A stretch of 64,000 bases of DNA from Puniceicoccales bacterium. GTDB taxonomy: Bacteria > Verrucomicrobiota > Verrucomicrobiia > Opitutales > LL51. Both the position numbers and the translations under genes were made by a program. Position 1 is the first letter of the stretch; every line of letters begins with the position of its first letter. The notes under the pieces were generated by a model. That model worked only from the letters and a program-made list of their open reading frames with translations, did no database searches and was not told where the DNA came from. Below are positions 52,209 through 62,804 of this stretch, in pieces. Location: contig JAIROS010000017.1 in NCBI GenBank assembly GCA_031257405.1, positions 34,046-98,045 on the forward strand, written 5' to 3'.

Positions 52209-54706
52209 CCGGTTTTGTCGCAAATTCCTTTGCCGATATAGAAGGCGAATTTTTACAAATCGTTTCGCGATTCGACCCCCTCTCGCCGCTACCTTCTGCC
52301 ATAATTTGTCCGTCGGCGGTTGAGATAAAATTTGTAAAATATTTTTTCGCAACGCAGCAAATATCCCTCGCCAACGCACATTTTTACACATCTCAAACAT
52401 TAATGGCGGCGCTATGGGGGCAAATTTTCCCGGGAGAGCACATTATGGATGGCCGCGACATTAAATTACTGGTGCAAAACGGTGGATTTTTTGGCGATCA
52501 CCGGGTACTCGCAAAAATTTTCCTGGAGGAATTTCCCGCCGAAATTGATGCATGTTTACAAAAAGTAATCAATTTTTTAACACAACAATGCGTAAATTTT
52601 CGTTGGAGCACACCTCGGCAAGCGCTACAAAAGATGGCGGCGGCGGCGCAACCGATCTTCGAGTCCTGTGTTTTACTGGGGTACTCCTCGCCAAACCCCT
52701 CTCCATCGGATTTTCTCGCATTTGTAAAAAAACTTTCTAAAAACGTAATATATTTTACTTTTAATCGGAACGACGGCGAACGCAACACCCTTAACGCACT
52801 GGAAATGACTTTCGGTCGTGCGCAAAATATTGAAAATATTAGTCAAAAAAGGGAAAATTTTAACACAAAATTTTCAATTGTAGGGGATTCGGTCGACGCC
52901 GCGCGATGCTGCAGTACCGCCCTCGCCGCCGCTGAAATAGCGGGAACAACGGCGATTATTTGTTCGGCGGACGCGCATGCCCAGCTGGTCGCCCACGAAC
53001 TCGATGCCCTCCGCATTCCTTACCACAGCGGATTTTCGAGAAAAATTTTTGACGCCACCGATAGCGTCGTTTCCGCCTGGTACCAATTTCAACTGCATGG
53101 AAATTTTGAATGTTTTTTACATTTTTTAGACATTATTCGCGCCCAAAATCGGCTACCATTTTCTGGGGATGACTACAAATATTTGTCTTTTTTGTTTCAC
53201 CGTTACCCCATCGATTCCGTCGAACGCCTGGCGCCCTGGATCGAGGATCCGCAAATCAACGCCATTCTTCTGCGCTATCCGCTCTTGCCCGGGCGGGCTA
53301 CCGTGGATGAATTTGTCCAAAAAACGGCGCCCATTTTCCCGGAAATCCGCGAAAAAATATCCCATTTTCCCTCCGATTTTTGTGTACAAAAGGGTGCATT
53401 TTTGGAGTATGTTTTAGCCGTTCACAGAGCCGCGAAACCTCCCGCCAAAGAACCATTTTTCTGCCCCATTTTCATCGTGGACATGCCCACGGCGACCCGG
53501 CTCCACTTCGAACATATCATTGTATTTTGCGACAAAACGGCCCCCAACGATGCCGCTGCGCCCGATAATTTTGAAGATTTATTTCCACTTTTAAGTGCAA
53601 AAAATTTACATTTAATCGCAGAAAAAAACAATATCCCCATCTACTTCGCCCAACATTATAAAAATATTCACCGCCAAATTCTCGACGCCCCCGCGATCCA
53701 AATGCTGTCCCGATTTTTCGTTTTTCCGGCAGCGGATTACGATCCGGCGCCCTACGAAATTCTGAGTAAAATCAACGCCCAGCGGAGTAATAAACTCGAA
53801 AATTTTGGGCCATTTGAGTACGCCGCGGGGAGCCTGGACACGGAAAATTTATCCATTCCGATCACCGCCATCGAACGCGCTTTCACTGACCCCGAAGCCA
53901 TTTGGTACCGCTATGTCGCCCAAAATGATCGCCCTCCATTGCGATTTGAAAAACAAAAATTTGACGGAATTTTTACCCACTCGCTCCTCCACTGGCCCAG
54001 CGAAATTCGTCCGACGCGGGAAGCATTCCGAGCCCACATCGCCCAAAAACAAAAGCACCGGCAACACATTTTGGAACAATTTTCCCCCGGTTTACTCCTC
54101 CGAGACACCCTAAATGGCGAAAATCCCTATATTTTAGCGGAAAAAATAGTGCAATGGGACGATTTTCCTTTTATGGCGAGCGAGTGCGATTTGCAATCGA
54201 CTTTTCCCCTGGAAAACGGCATAACTATTCCGCTCCACGGGCGCGCCGACTGCATTTTGTCGCAATTCCCGCTTCGCCGCCGATTCCACAAAGATAATGC
54301 CGACAATCGCCTGCTCGTTATCGACCTTAAAACTGGCTCTGCGACGCAAAGTGACCTCCTAAAATTCGCCAAACCGTTCGCCGGCCTGCCCCCGTCGCTA
54401 TCGGGCCTGCAACTCGTCCTTTACGGCCTCATTTTGGAAAATTTCGGCTACAAAAATATCCGGCTCCTCATCCTCAATGGCGACCCTTACGAACGGGCGG
54501 AACCCATCGCGCTCCGCAGTATTACACAGGGCGAGAATTTCCCATTCATCAAGAATTTCTTAAAAAATTTAATTGTCAAGGGTATTTTTGGCTATGGCGA
54601 AAGTAATTCATTCCAAGGGAGGCATTTTTCCTCGCCGGCCGCCGTCATCCCCCCCAACAACGCCGTCATCCGCGAAAAACGAAAAAAACTTTTCTGGACT
54701 TTTTAA
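52196..54706 (+). CDS. AddB-like PD-(D/E)xK nuclease with Walker-less helicase-like N-terminal region (orphan)
   Basis: C-terminal nuclease motifs GIFTHSLLH, LHGRADCI, LLVIDLKTG and QLVLYGLIL. No GxxxxGK(S/T) anywhere in the protein. No addA/uvrD-like partner adjacent. Confidence 0.6.
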   Translation: MGVMPGFVANSFADIEGEFLQIVSRFDPLSPLPSAIICPSAVEIKFVKYFFATQQISLANAHFYTSQTLMAALWGQIFPGEHIMDGRDIKLLVQNGGFFGDHRVLAKIFLEEFPAEIDACLQKVINFLTQQCVNFRWSTPRQALQKMAAAAQPIFESCVLLGYSSPNPSPSDFLAFVKKLSKNVIYFTFNRNDGERNTLNALEMTFGRAQNIENISQKRENFNTKFSIVGDSVDAARCCSTALAAAEIAGTTAIICSADAHAQLVAHELDALRIPYHSGFSRKIFDATDSVVSAWYQFQLHGNFECFLHFLDIIRAQNRLPFSGDDYKYLSFLFHRYPIDSVERLAPWIEDPQINAILLRYPLLPGRATVDEFVQKTAPIFPEIREKISHFPSDFCVQKGAFLEYVLAVHRAAKPPAKEPFFCPIFIVDMPTATRLHFEHIIVFCDKTAPNDAAAPDNFEDLFPLLSAKNLHLIAEKNNIPIYFAQHYKNIHRQILDAPAIQMLSRFFVFPAADYDPAPYEILSKINAQRSNKLENFGPFEYAAGSLDTENLSIPITAIERAFTDPEAIWYRYVAQNDRPPLRFEKQKFDGIFTHSLLHWPSEIRPTREAFRAHIAQKQKHRQHILEQFSPGLLLRDTLNGENPYILAEKIVQWDDFPFMASECDLQSTFPLENGITIPLHGRADCILSQFPLRRRFHKDNADNRLLVIDLKTGSATQSDLLKFAKPFAGLPPSLSGLQLVLYGLILENFGYKNIRLLILNGDPYERAEPIALRSITQGENFPFIKNFLKNLIVKGIFGYGESNSFQGRHFSSPAAVIPPNNAVIREKRKKLFWTF

Positions 54707-54739
54707 TTAAAATCAAATGCTAATGGGCAACGCAGCGCT

Positions 54740-56434
54740 ATGGTAAAAGTTTTTTCGTGTGCCGTATTTTTCTTGACAATTTTATTTTTGGGGTGTTTTT
54801 TCCTTTGGCCCATTTGGGAGATTATCCGGGGCGGTTTTTTAAACGTCGACGGGAAATTTACGCTCGGATTTTTTAAAATTATTTTCGAAAACGACATTTA
54901 CGTCGAGGGCATTTTACACGCGATTGCGTCGGGGATTTTTTCCACGTTACTGGCGCTGACCATCGCCCTCCCCCTGGCTTACTTTTCACACAAATATGAA
55001 TTTCCTTTCAAAAAATTACTCACTGCGTGTGTTCTCCTGCCCATCATGTTACCGCCGTTTGTGGGGGCGATTGGCATTCAGCAAATTTTTGGTTCCTACG
55101 GCATGCTCAATTCCATTTTGCTCAAACTGGGCATCATTCAGCCGCCACACTTCGTCGACTGGCTCGGGCACTACAAATTTCCGGGGATGATTCTCATGAA
55201 CGCGCTCAGTTTGTACCCCATTCTCTACCTGAATATCATTGCGTCTCTGGCGAGCATTGATCCGGCGATGGAGGAGGCGGCGGCGAATTTTGGGTGTACG
55301 GGGATCAGGCGTTTTTTTAAAATTACTTTACCACTGATTATGCCCGGTGTTTTTGCGGGGTCGACGCTCGTTTTCATTTGGGCGTTCACCGAATTGGGCG
55401 TCCCCCTCATTTTCAATTATAACGCGATCACTTCCGTCCAAATTTTTTTCGGGTTGAAGGACATTGGCAGCAATCCGTTTCCCTACGCGCTTGTTGCGAT
55501 GATGCTATGTTTTTCGGTTTTATTTTACGCCATTGGGAAGGGATTTTTGGGGCGTCAAAATACGGCGACGGTATCCAAGGCAACCCACGCAGCCGTAGTA
55601 CTAAAGCCGTCCTGGATTTTTCGGTGGGCGTTGAGCGGGACATTTGCCGCCATCACACTCGTAGCGCTTTTACCCCACTTGGCGGTCATTTTGAAATCCT
55701 GTTCTCTGGATTGGTATAATTCGATTATTCCCTGCGCTTGGACGTCAAAAAATTATGAAATTGCCCTGGGCCATCCGCTGACCATACCTTCCATCCAAAA
55801 CAGCCTCGTTTACTCCAGTTGCGCCACACTGATTACACTTTTTTTAGGGATTGCGATTGCTTTTGTGACGGCTCGGACGCAATTTTTTGGGCGGGGGTTA
55901 ATCGACACGCTTTCGATGTTACCGCTTGCGGTTCCCGGTTTAGTAACGGCGTTTGGCTATTTGGCGATGAGTCAGGCGGGTTGTCCGTTTGCGTTTCTCA
56001 ATCCCATCGAAAATCCGACGGCGCTACTGATCATTGCCTACGCCATTCGTCGGCTTCCGGTGATGGTACGGGCGGCTATGGCTGGATTTCAGCAGACGAG
56101 TGTAGCCTACGAGGAGGCGGCTCAATGTTTTGGTTGTTCGCCGTTGAAGTCGGTATTTAGGATTACGATTCCGCTGATGAGTGCCAATCTCATTGCGGGC
56201 GGGCTACTGGTTTTTTCGCAGGCCATGATGGGGGTATCCGACTCGATGATATTGGCTCAGAAGCAGCAATTTTATCCCATTACGAAGGCCATTTACGAGC
56301 TTGTCCACATGCTTGGCGACGGGCCATTTTTAGCTTGTGCGCTGGGGGTATGGGCCATGTCTTTTCTTGCCATCACGATTATTGGCGCCACGACGATTAT
56401 GGGCAAGCGCTTCGGCTCCATCTTTAGTATGTAA
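54740..56434 (+). CDS. ABC transporter permease, fused two-domain type (FbpB/ThiP-like; singleton)
   Basis: About 12 TM with two BPD-transport halves, each carrying an EAA-like loop (EEAAANFGCTGIRRFFKITLPL and EEAAQCFGCSPLKSVFRITIPL). Confidence 0.8.
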   Translation: MVKVFSCAVFFLTILFLGCFFLWPIWEIIRGGFLNVDGKFTLGFFKIIFENDIYVEGILHAIASGIFSTLLALTIALPLAYFSHKYEFPFKKLLTACVLLPIMLPPFVGAIGIQQIFGSYGMLNSILLKLGIIQPPHFVDWLGHYKFPGMILMNALSLYPILYLNIIASLASIDPAMEEAAANFGCTGIRRFFKITLPLIMPGVFAGSTLVFIWAFTELGVPLIFNYNAITSVQIFFGLKDIGSNPFPYALVAMMLCFSVLFYAIGKGFLGRQNTATVSKATHAAVVLKPSWIFRWALSGTFAAITLVALLPHLAVILKSCSLDWYNSIIPCAWTSKNYEIALGHPLTIPSIQNSLVYSSCATLITLFLGIAIAFVTARTQFFGRGLIDTLSMLPLAVPGLVTAFGYLAMSQAGCPFAFLNPIENPTALLIIAYAIRRLPVMVRAAMAGFQQTSVAYEEAAQCFGCSPLKSVFRITIPLMSANLIAGGLLVFSQAMMGVSDSMILAQKQQFYPITKAIYELVHMLGDGPFLACALGVWAMSFLAITIIGATTIMGKRFGSIFSM

Positions 56435-56509
56435 AAAAATAATTAGAAAACAAAACGTCTAATGGACTTCTCTAGCCCATAAATCAACTTAGCCCGCTAA
56501 ATTATACCA

Positions 56510-59500
56510 TCACTTTACCTCACGCGCAAAAAATGCTACCCGGTCCAAAACTCCCTCCTGAAAATATTCTAAACAAACGTAAATAACCGGCGTAATGTAA
56601 AGCGTCACCACCTGCGAAAAAATTAACCCCCCAACTACACATAGCCCCAACGGCATCCGCGATAAACCATCCGCTCCCCACCCCGCAGCAATCGGTACCA
56701 TCCCCATCAATGCCGCTAAAGTCGTCATCATTATCGGCCGAAAACGTACCAGACTCGCTTCGTAAATCGCTTCCTCCGGCGACTTCCCCTCCTCCCGCCG
56801 CCGCATGATCGCAAAATCAATAATCATAATGCCGTTTTTCTTTACGATCCCTAGCAACATGAATAACCCTATGCACGCATAAAGCGATAGCTCCATCCCC
56901 TCAAAATGTAAAACGTCCTTGGCTATAAATAACGTCGTCAATCCCCCCAACATCGCCACACTTAGCGACGATAATACCGTTAGGGGATGAATGTAACTCT
57001 CGTAAAGGATGCCCAAAATCGTGTACATCACAAAAATCGCAACCAATAAAAGCAAAATAATCATGCGCATGGTCGCCGCAAACGTCGCCGCTTCCCCCTG
57101 AAACGCCCCAACTACCGATAGCGGCAATAACTCCTGCGCTTTGGATTGAATGAATTCCACCGCCTCGCCAATCGCAAATCCACTGCGTAAATTAAAATAC
57201 AGCGTCACCGAATTCATGTTATTGATGTGGCAAACGGAAACGGGCCCCAAATGTTTTTTCGTCGTCGCTACGGATTGAAAAGGCGTCAAATCCCCGTTAC
57301 CCGCGTGGACATACAGGCTGCTCAAATCGTCGACGGAACGCCGCGCCTCCTCCTTCGCCGTCACAATTACCTTGTGCTGATCGATATCACCCTTGATCAA
57401 ATAGGCGTAATTTTCCGAAAAAGCATTCTTGATTTCCTCTTCCACGGCCGCTACACTAACCCCATAAAGCGCGGCCTGTTCGCGTAAAAATTCGATTTGT
57501 ATTTCGGGGTTTTGTAAAAATAAATCGCTGGATACGCTCGCAAATCCGGGGTGACTCAGCATCGCCATTTGTAATTTTTGGGCGGGCTCGACCAGGTCCG
57601 CAAAATTATTGGAGGTCAGCGAAAAACAGTACTTCCCCTGATTCGTCTTCTGCGCCCCCGTATTAATTTGTAAATTGGGCATGGGTTGTAAAAATGTCAT
57701 GGCGCCGGGGATCATATACAATTTTTTGGAGAGATCGCGCGCCACTTCCTGTATCGTCGTTTTCCCCCTGTCCGGCTTCAAAAATGCAACCACAAGCCCC
57801 TGATTACTCTGCAAAAGCCCGCTCAATCCCGACAGTAAAATCGCCTGGTGAATGTGCTCATCGCTCGCTAACGCCGCCCGTACCTGCTCCTGATAATCCT
57901 GCATCTGCTTCGGCGACGTCCCCTCCTTCCCAATGAATACTCCCATCATGATGCCGCTATCCCCTTCCGGTAAAAATGTTTTCGGTAATTTTACAAAACA
58001 AACGTAGGTGAGGAGCGTGCATAGGACCCAAATGAAAATGGCCGTCTTCCTCTTATTCAAAAACCAACGCAGCGTCCGTCCGTAAAAATTTAAAAATCGA
58101 GCCTCCACAAAATGCGCAAACCGTTCCAATGCTGTGCGATTCTCCTCTTTAATGGGCTTGAGTAACCGGGCACACATCATCGGCGTCACCGTAATGGATA
58201 GTACCCCCGACGCGAGAATGGCTACGACAATGGTAATGGAAAATTCCCGAAAAATGCGTCCCAATTGTCCCGGCATGAAAATCATCGGAATAAATACGGC
58301 CGCTAGCGATAGGGTCATCGATAAAATTGTAAACGTAATCTCCTTCCCACTCGCCACCGACGCTTGCAACGGCGTCTCCTTGAACTTCTCCATCCGACGT
58401 ACCATATTTTCCAAAAAAACAATCGCGTCGTCCACTAAAAATCCAATGGCTAACGTCAGCGCCAATAGGGACAAATTATCGAGTGAATAACCCAAAAATC
58501 GCATGACTACAAACGTAATAAGCAGTGACAGCGGTAGCGCCACAACGGGTATCATCGTCTCGCGGAGGCGCCCAAGAAATAAAAAAATAACCGCCACAAC
58601 CAATAAAAATGCGATCACCAACGTCTCCTTAACATCGTTAATCGAATCCACAATTTTATTGGCGCGATTGTACACGGCCGTCAGCGTCGCCGATGAAGGT
58701 AATTGGCGGTTGATCTCCGGGATTAATTGCTCAACGGCCTCCGAAATTTTGATGGCATTCGCCCCAGCCGCACGCGTCACCGCAAGCGCTACACTAGCCC
58801 GACCCGATGCCATGTCCCGACTCCAATAACACGTCTTGACATCGTTCGACTCTACCCCATCTATCGCCTCTCCCACATCCCTTAAATAAACCGGCGCCCC
58901 ATTTTTGTAAGCAATAATCAGGTCCTGGTAACCCTTCGCCGTCTCCAATTGCCCCAAAGGCTTCAAAATAACCGCGTTTTTCTTCCCCTTTAAACTTCCT
59001 GCCGCCATCGAAACCGTCCCGGCTTGCACCGCCTTGATAATATCCGAAATCGTCAGGCCCCTGTTGTATAATTTGTCTCCATCGAGTTCAATGCGAATTG
59101 CCCGCTTAATGCCGTAAACCTGTACCTTCGAAACCCCTTCCAAAATACTAATCTTATTGCAAATTTCCCGGTCCGCTAAATCGTATAACTCCGCCTCCGA
59201 TAGACAATCACTGCCCAAATTGAGGAAATAAATGGGGATACCGTTGGGGTCTGTTTTTTCGTAGACCGGCTGGGAAGGCATATCCCGTGGCAGCTGGCTC
59301 GAGGCGCGGGTGATCGCCGATTGCACGTCCGTCGCCGCCGAATCAATGCCCTTGTTGAGATTGAATTGTAAAGTAATACTCACCGCCCCTTGCATACTCG
59401 TCGACGATACCTGCTCAATCCCCGAAATCTGCATGAACTCCTTCTCCAACGGCGAAGCAATATTGGCCGCTACCATCTGAGGGTCCATCCCCGGATAAGC

Positions 59501-59650
59501 CGCACGTACGTTGATAATGGGGTAGTCGACGGTCGGCAAATCGCTCACCGGCAAATCCAAATAACTGAAAATACCCGCCAAAATAATGGAGAGGACCAGG
59601 AGCACGGTCATCACCGGCCGTTTAATAAAAATTTCACTAAAATTTTGCAT
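56510..59650 (-). CDS. RND efflux pump inner-membrane permease (AcrB/HAE1 family)
   Basis: 1046 aa. N-terminal FIKRPVMTVLL, 12-TM plus two large periplasmic loops, VDDAIVFLENM motif. Confidence 0.95.
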   Translation of the reverse strand: MQNFSEIFIKRPVMTVLLVLSIILAGIFSYLDLPVSDLPTVDYPIINVRAAYPGMDPQMVAANIASPLEKEFMQISGIEQVSSTSMQGAVSITLQFNLNKGIDSAATDVQSAITRASSQLPRDMPSQPVYEKTDPNGIPIYFLNLGSDCLSEAELYDLADREICNKISILEGVSKVQVYGIKRAIRIELDGDKLYNRGLTISDIIKAVQAGTVSMAAGSLKGKKNAVILKPLGQLETAKGYQDLIIAYKNGAPVYLRDVGEAIDGVESNDVKTCYWSRDMASGRASVALAVTRAAGANAIKISEAVEQLIPEINRQLPSSATLTAVYNRANKIVDSINDVKETLVIAFLLVVAVIFLFLGRLRETMIPVVALPLSLLITFVVMRFLGYSLDNLSLLALTLAIGFLVDDAIVFLENMVRRMEKFKETPLQASVASGKEITFTILSMTLSLAAVFIPMIFMPGQLGRIFREFSITIVVAILASGVLSITVTPMMCARLLKPIKEENRTALERFAHFVEARFLNFYGRTLRWFLNKRKTAIFIWVLCTLLTYVCFVKLPKTFLPEGDSGIMMGVFIGKEGTSPKQMQDYQEQVRAALASDEHIHQAILLSGLSGLLQSNQGLVVAFLKPDRGKTTIQEVARDLSKKLYMIPGAMTFLQPMPNLQINTGAQKTNQGKYCFSLTSNNFADLVEPAQKLQMAMLSHPGFASVSSDLFLQNPEIQIEFLREQAALYGVSVAAVEEEIKNAFSENYAYLIKGDIDQHKVIVTAKEEARRSVDDLSSLYVHAGNGDLTPFQSVATTKKHLGPVSVCHINNMNSVTLYFNLRSGFAIGEAVEFIQSKAQELLPLSVVGAFQGEAATFAATMRMIILLLLVAIFVMYTILGILYESYIHPLTVLSSLSVAMLGGLTTLFIAKDVLHFEGMELSLYACIGLFMLLGIVKKNGIMIIDFAIMRRREEGKSPEEAIYEASLVRFRPIMMTTLAALMGMVPIAAGWGADGLSRMPLGLCVVGGLIFSQVVTLYITPVIYVCLEYFQEGVLDRVAFFAREVK

Positions 59651-59668
59651 AATCCGTCACCATTTTTA

Positions 59669-60841
59669 TCAGTGCTGCTGCTGGGGATTGCCCCCGGGTA
59701 CACCGCCGCCGCCGCCTTCCGGCAGGGGAATCACGTTGGAGCCCGGACCCAGTAATAAATTGCCGCGCAAAATAATCATATCCCCTTCGCTTACCCCACG
59801 CTCCATAACCGTAAAATCTTCGCCCTGGTACCCAACTTCCGGATAAATTTGCGCCGCCTTATGCTTCGTCGCCGAGGTTTCATCGGGCTTCACGGCAAAT
59901 AAATAGGGCTTGCCCGCGTTGTTTATTTTAATGCTCTCCGAGGGGACAACGGTGACATCCTTCAGCACCTCGAGCTCGATGCGTACCCGTACCGCCGCTC
60001 CCGACCAAAAATTCCCTTCACTATTACTAAATTCGCCCCTCAAATGCATCAAACCACCGGCACCATCAATCCTATTGTCAAGAAATTTTAAAACGCCCCG
60101 CACACGAAGCTCCCCGCCGGCAATGGGGGTAATCTCCAAATTTAATCGCCGATTATTGGCCTCAAATCGCCGCTTTAGCCGGTAAAAATCGTTCTCCGCA
60201 ACAAAAAAATCGACGCTCATCGGCGCCATCTGACCAATCGTAGCGAGCTTTCGCTTATCGTCGACAACGGCCCCACAATCGATCAAACGCTGCCCCACCA
60301 TGCCCGCTAAAGGAGCCCGGATAAAACAATAATCCAAATCCACTTTCGCCCGCTCAATCGCCGCTTCCGCCCCGGTAATGCTGGCTTTGTCCTGCTCCAC
60401 CCGCGCCAAATAAGTCTCGAATTCCTGCTTGGAAATGTAGTCCTTGTCGGCGAGCGATCGGGAACGCTCCAATTGGACTTGGTCGATGGCGAGTTGCGCA
60501 CGATAACGGTCGCGATCCGCCTCCGCTGCCTTTAAAATGGCCTTATATTTGCGGTCGTCGATGCGGAATAGCGGCTGCCCTTGCTCGACAAAAGACCCCT
60601 CCTCGAAATCCACGGAAATAATTTTGCCGCTCACCTGCGATACCACCTCCACCTCGTTGTAAGCCCGACAGCGCCCCACGGAAGTTAAATGGATCGGGAA
60701 ATCCCTTTTTACCGCCTTACTGACCACAACGGGAACGGGCGACTTTACCTTCGCCGGCTCCTCGACTTTCCGGCCACATCCTCCGCAAACAATGGCCCCT
60801 AAAATAAAAAAAAATTTTACCATTAATTTCCGCTCTAGCAT
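59669..60841 (-). CDS. RND efflux periplasmic adaptor (membrane fusion protein)
   Basis: Lipoprotein-like N-terminus (GAIVCGGC), barrel-sandwich/coiled-coil pattern, Gly-rich tail. Confidence 0.9.
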   Translation of the reverse strand: MLERKLMVKFFFILGAIVCGGCGRKVEEPAKVKSPVPVVVSKAVKRDFPIHLTSVGRCRAYNEVEVVSQVSGKIISVDFEEGSFVEQGQPLFRIDDRKYKAILKAAEADRDRYRAQLAIDQVQLERSRSLADKDYISKQEFETYLARVEQDKASITGAEAAIERAKVDLDYCFIRAPLAGMVGQRLIDCGAVVDDKRKLATIGQMAPMSVDFFVAENDFYRLKRRFEANNRRLNLEITPIAGGELRVRGVLKFLDNRIDGAGGLMHLRGEFSNSEGNFWSGAAVRVRIELEVLKDVTVVPSESIKINNAGKPYLFAVKPDETSATKHKAAQIYPEVGYQGEDFTVMERGVSEGDMIILRGNLLLGPGSNVIPLPEGGGGGVPGGNPQQQH

Positions 60842-60853
60842 AGCTGTCCTCCC

Positions 60854-62290
60854 CTACTGCTCCAAAATTTTCCCCGCACAATAGGCCAATTTTACCCGGC
60901 TCACAGACAGGTCATTTTTGGCGAAAATGAGTTGTTTTCTTGCGTTAGAAAGTGCGCTTTGGGACGTCGATAGGTCCGTAAACGAGCTCAGGCCGCTGGC
61001 ATAGGCTTCCCGCGTGTAGCGAAATGCTTCCAAAGCGGAACGCTCCGCCTCCTTCGCCGAACCTAATTTCTGGACCGCCGATTTTAAAGCGTAAAAATAT
61101 TCCCAAATTTCGCTCGCAATGTCAATGGCTTGGGCTTTCAATTGTTGGCCGGCTATCTTCATATCCTCGTGCGCCATGAGTTGCTCAGCCATTTTCAGGT
61201 GGCCATCGAAAATATCCCACTTCAATCCCACGTACGCTTCAAAATTATTATACATCCCCGGCACATGCTGGACCTTCTTTCGCGACGCCTTTACCCCCGC
61301 GACCACCTCCGGATAACGATCGTATTGCCTGGCATTTAAATTATGTTTTTTCGCCTCCAACGCTTCCCGCTTAGCCCGCATATCCTGGCGTAATTCCAGA
61401 GCCTCCCCAATCAAACGTTCCACGCCGCCCACGTCGGGAACCTCCTCCCCGTCATCGGCCATCACCCGTAACCGATCGCTGACGCGGATTCCCACCGTTT
61501 GGGCCAGGCGCGCGCGCGCAGACTCTACGGCCGACCGCGAATGCTCTAACTCAAATACCGCAGCACTATAAGCCGCCTGCGCCTTCAGCAGGTCCTGCCT
61601 ACTAGCTAAGCCCGATTGGTAGCGATTTTCAGCCGCATTGAGCGCAATTTTCGCGTCCTCCAAATTTTGTTCACTGGCGCGGACGATCGCGATGGCCGCA
61701 TTTAGGGCGAAATAAGCCAGATTGACCCCGTACGCCACCTGCTGCAAAGCGTGGTTGAATTGGAAATTAGCTGCCCTCAAAGCCCCTAACGCCGCCGCAG
61801 AACTTTCCCGATGCGCCCCGAATTTGAATAGGGAATAATTGATTTCGAGTTGGGGGTAGGCGACGCTGGCGATGGACGTCGCTAAATGTTTACCGTCGGG
61901 CCCTTTCCCGCCCAATTGCTCGCTTCGACCGGCATTTAAACTGGCGGTTACGTGGGGATAAAAAGCGCTATCGGCCTTCATTTTTTGGGCCAAAGCGGAC
62001 GCAGCTTGGTGCCAGGCAACCCTCGTCGACGGATTGCGCTCGAACGCCAAATCGAGCAACTCATAGAGATCCAAATCGTGGTCAGATGTAAAAAAAATTT
62101 CCCTTTCGGAAGCCAACGGGGCAGCTGTTGGGGGGGTATTGTTCGCGGCCTCCCTGAAGTAAAACGCCCGCTGCTCATTTTTTACAACCTCCTCCTCAAA
62201 AGAACGGCAGCCTCCGACGCCCACCAATCCAACGGGTACAAATGAAAAAAATTTTCCCACTCGGGGGCACAACTCTCTTCTCGACTGCAC
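60854..62290 (-). CDS. TolC-family outer-membrane efflux protein
   Basis: Lipobox-like LVGVGGC, two OEP repeats with long coiled-coil-forming segments. First gene of the OMF-MFP-RND operon. Confidence 0.85.
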   Translation of the reverse strand: MQSRRELCPRVGKFFSFVPVGLVGVGGCRSFEEEVVKNEQRAFYFREAANNTPPTAAPLASEREIFFTSDHDLDLYELLDLAFERNPSTRVAWHQAASALAQKMKADSAFYPHVTASLNAGRSEQLGGKGPDGKHLATSIASVAYPQLEINYSLFKFGAHRESSAAALGALRAANFQFNHALQQVAYGVNLAYFALNAAIAIVRASEQNLEDAKIALNAAENRYQSGLASRQDLLKAQAAYSAAVFELEHSRSAVESARARLAQTVGIRVSDRLRVMADDGEEVPDVGGVERLIGEALELRQDMRAKREALEAKKHNLNARQYDRYPEVVAGVKASRKKVQHVPGMYNNFEAYVGLKWDIFDGHLKMAEQLMAHEDMKIAGQQLKAQAIDIASEIWEYFYALKSAVQKLGSAKEAERSALEAFRYTREAYASGLSSFTDLSTSQSALSNARKQLIFAKNDLSVSRVKLAYCAGKILEQ

Positions 62291-62296
62291 GGCTTT

Positions 62297-62325
62297 AGGA
62301 TATCGACGGCCGCTTTTATTGTCAA
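62297..62325 (-). promoter_or_regulatory. Candidate sigma-70-type promoter of the efflux operon
   Basis: Minus strand TTGACA (62320-62325), 17 nt, TATCCT (62297-62302). Lies between the lspA stop and the OMF ORF. Confidence 0.4.
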
Positions 62326-62345
62326 GTTATTTTTATTTTTATTTT

Positions 62346-62804
62346 TTAAAGGTCACTTATTTTGGGCGCGAGGAATAGCAGAGAAAATGCCGCCAGACAC
62401 AGCGACGCGTCGGCGACGTTGAAGGCCGGCCAGTGATAAATTTGTAAATTAATATTAACAAAATCGATAACAAATCCCCGATAAAACCGATCCAGCGCGT
62501 TACTTAAAACCCCGCCCAACAGCAATCCAAAGGTGACGGGGCGCTCGTAAACCCCGAAAAAATGCCGCTTCCAAAGGAGAATGCCCACAAAAATAATACC
62601 CAAAATGGCGAGCCATGGCGCGCGATCGGGCAACAAACTCCACGCGCAACCGGTGTTATGGGCGAGCGAAAAACTTAGCCACCCCCCACAATTAATACTC
62701 CCCTGCGGCAAATAAATTTCGGCTAAAAATTTCGTCCCCTGATCGCATAAAATAGTCCCGAAAACGAAGCTCCCTAGAATAAATTTACTCCTCCGTTTGT
62801 TCAT
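62346..62804 (-). CDS. lspA: Lipoprotein signal peptidase II
   Basis: DQGTKF, NTGCAWS and FNVADASLC motifs. Start moved to MNKRRSKF (62804). Confidence 0.9.
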   Translation of the reverse strand: MNKRRSKFILGSFVFGTILCDQGTKFLAEIYLPQGSINCGGWLSFSLAHNTGCAWSLLPDRAPWLAILGIIFVGILLWKRHFFGVYERPVTFGLLLGGVLSNALDRFYRGFVIDFVNINLQIYHWPAFNVADASLCLAAFSLLFLAPKISDL

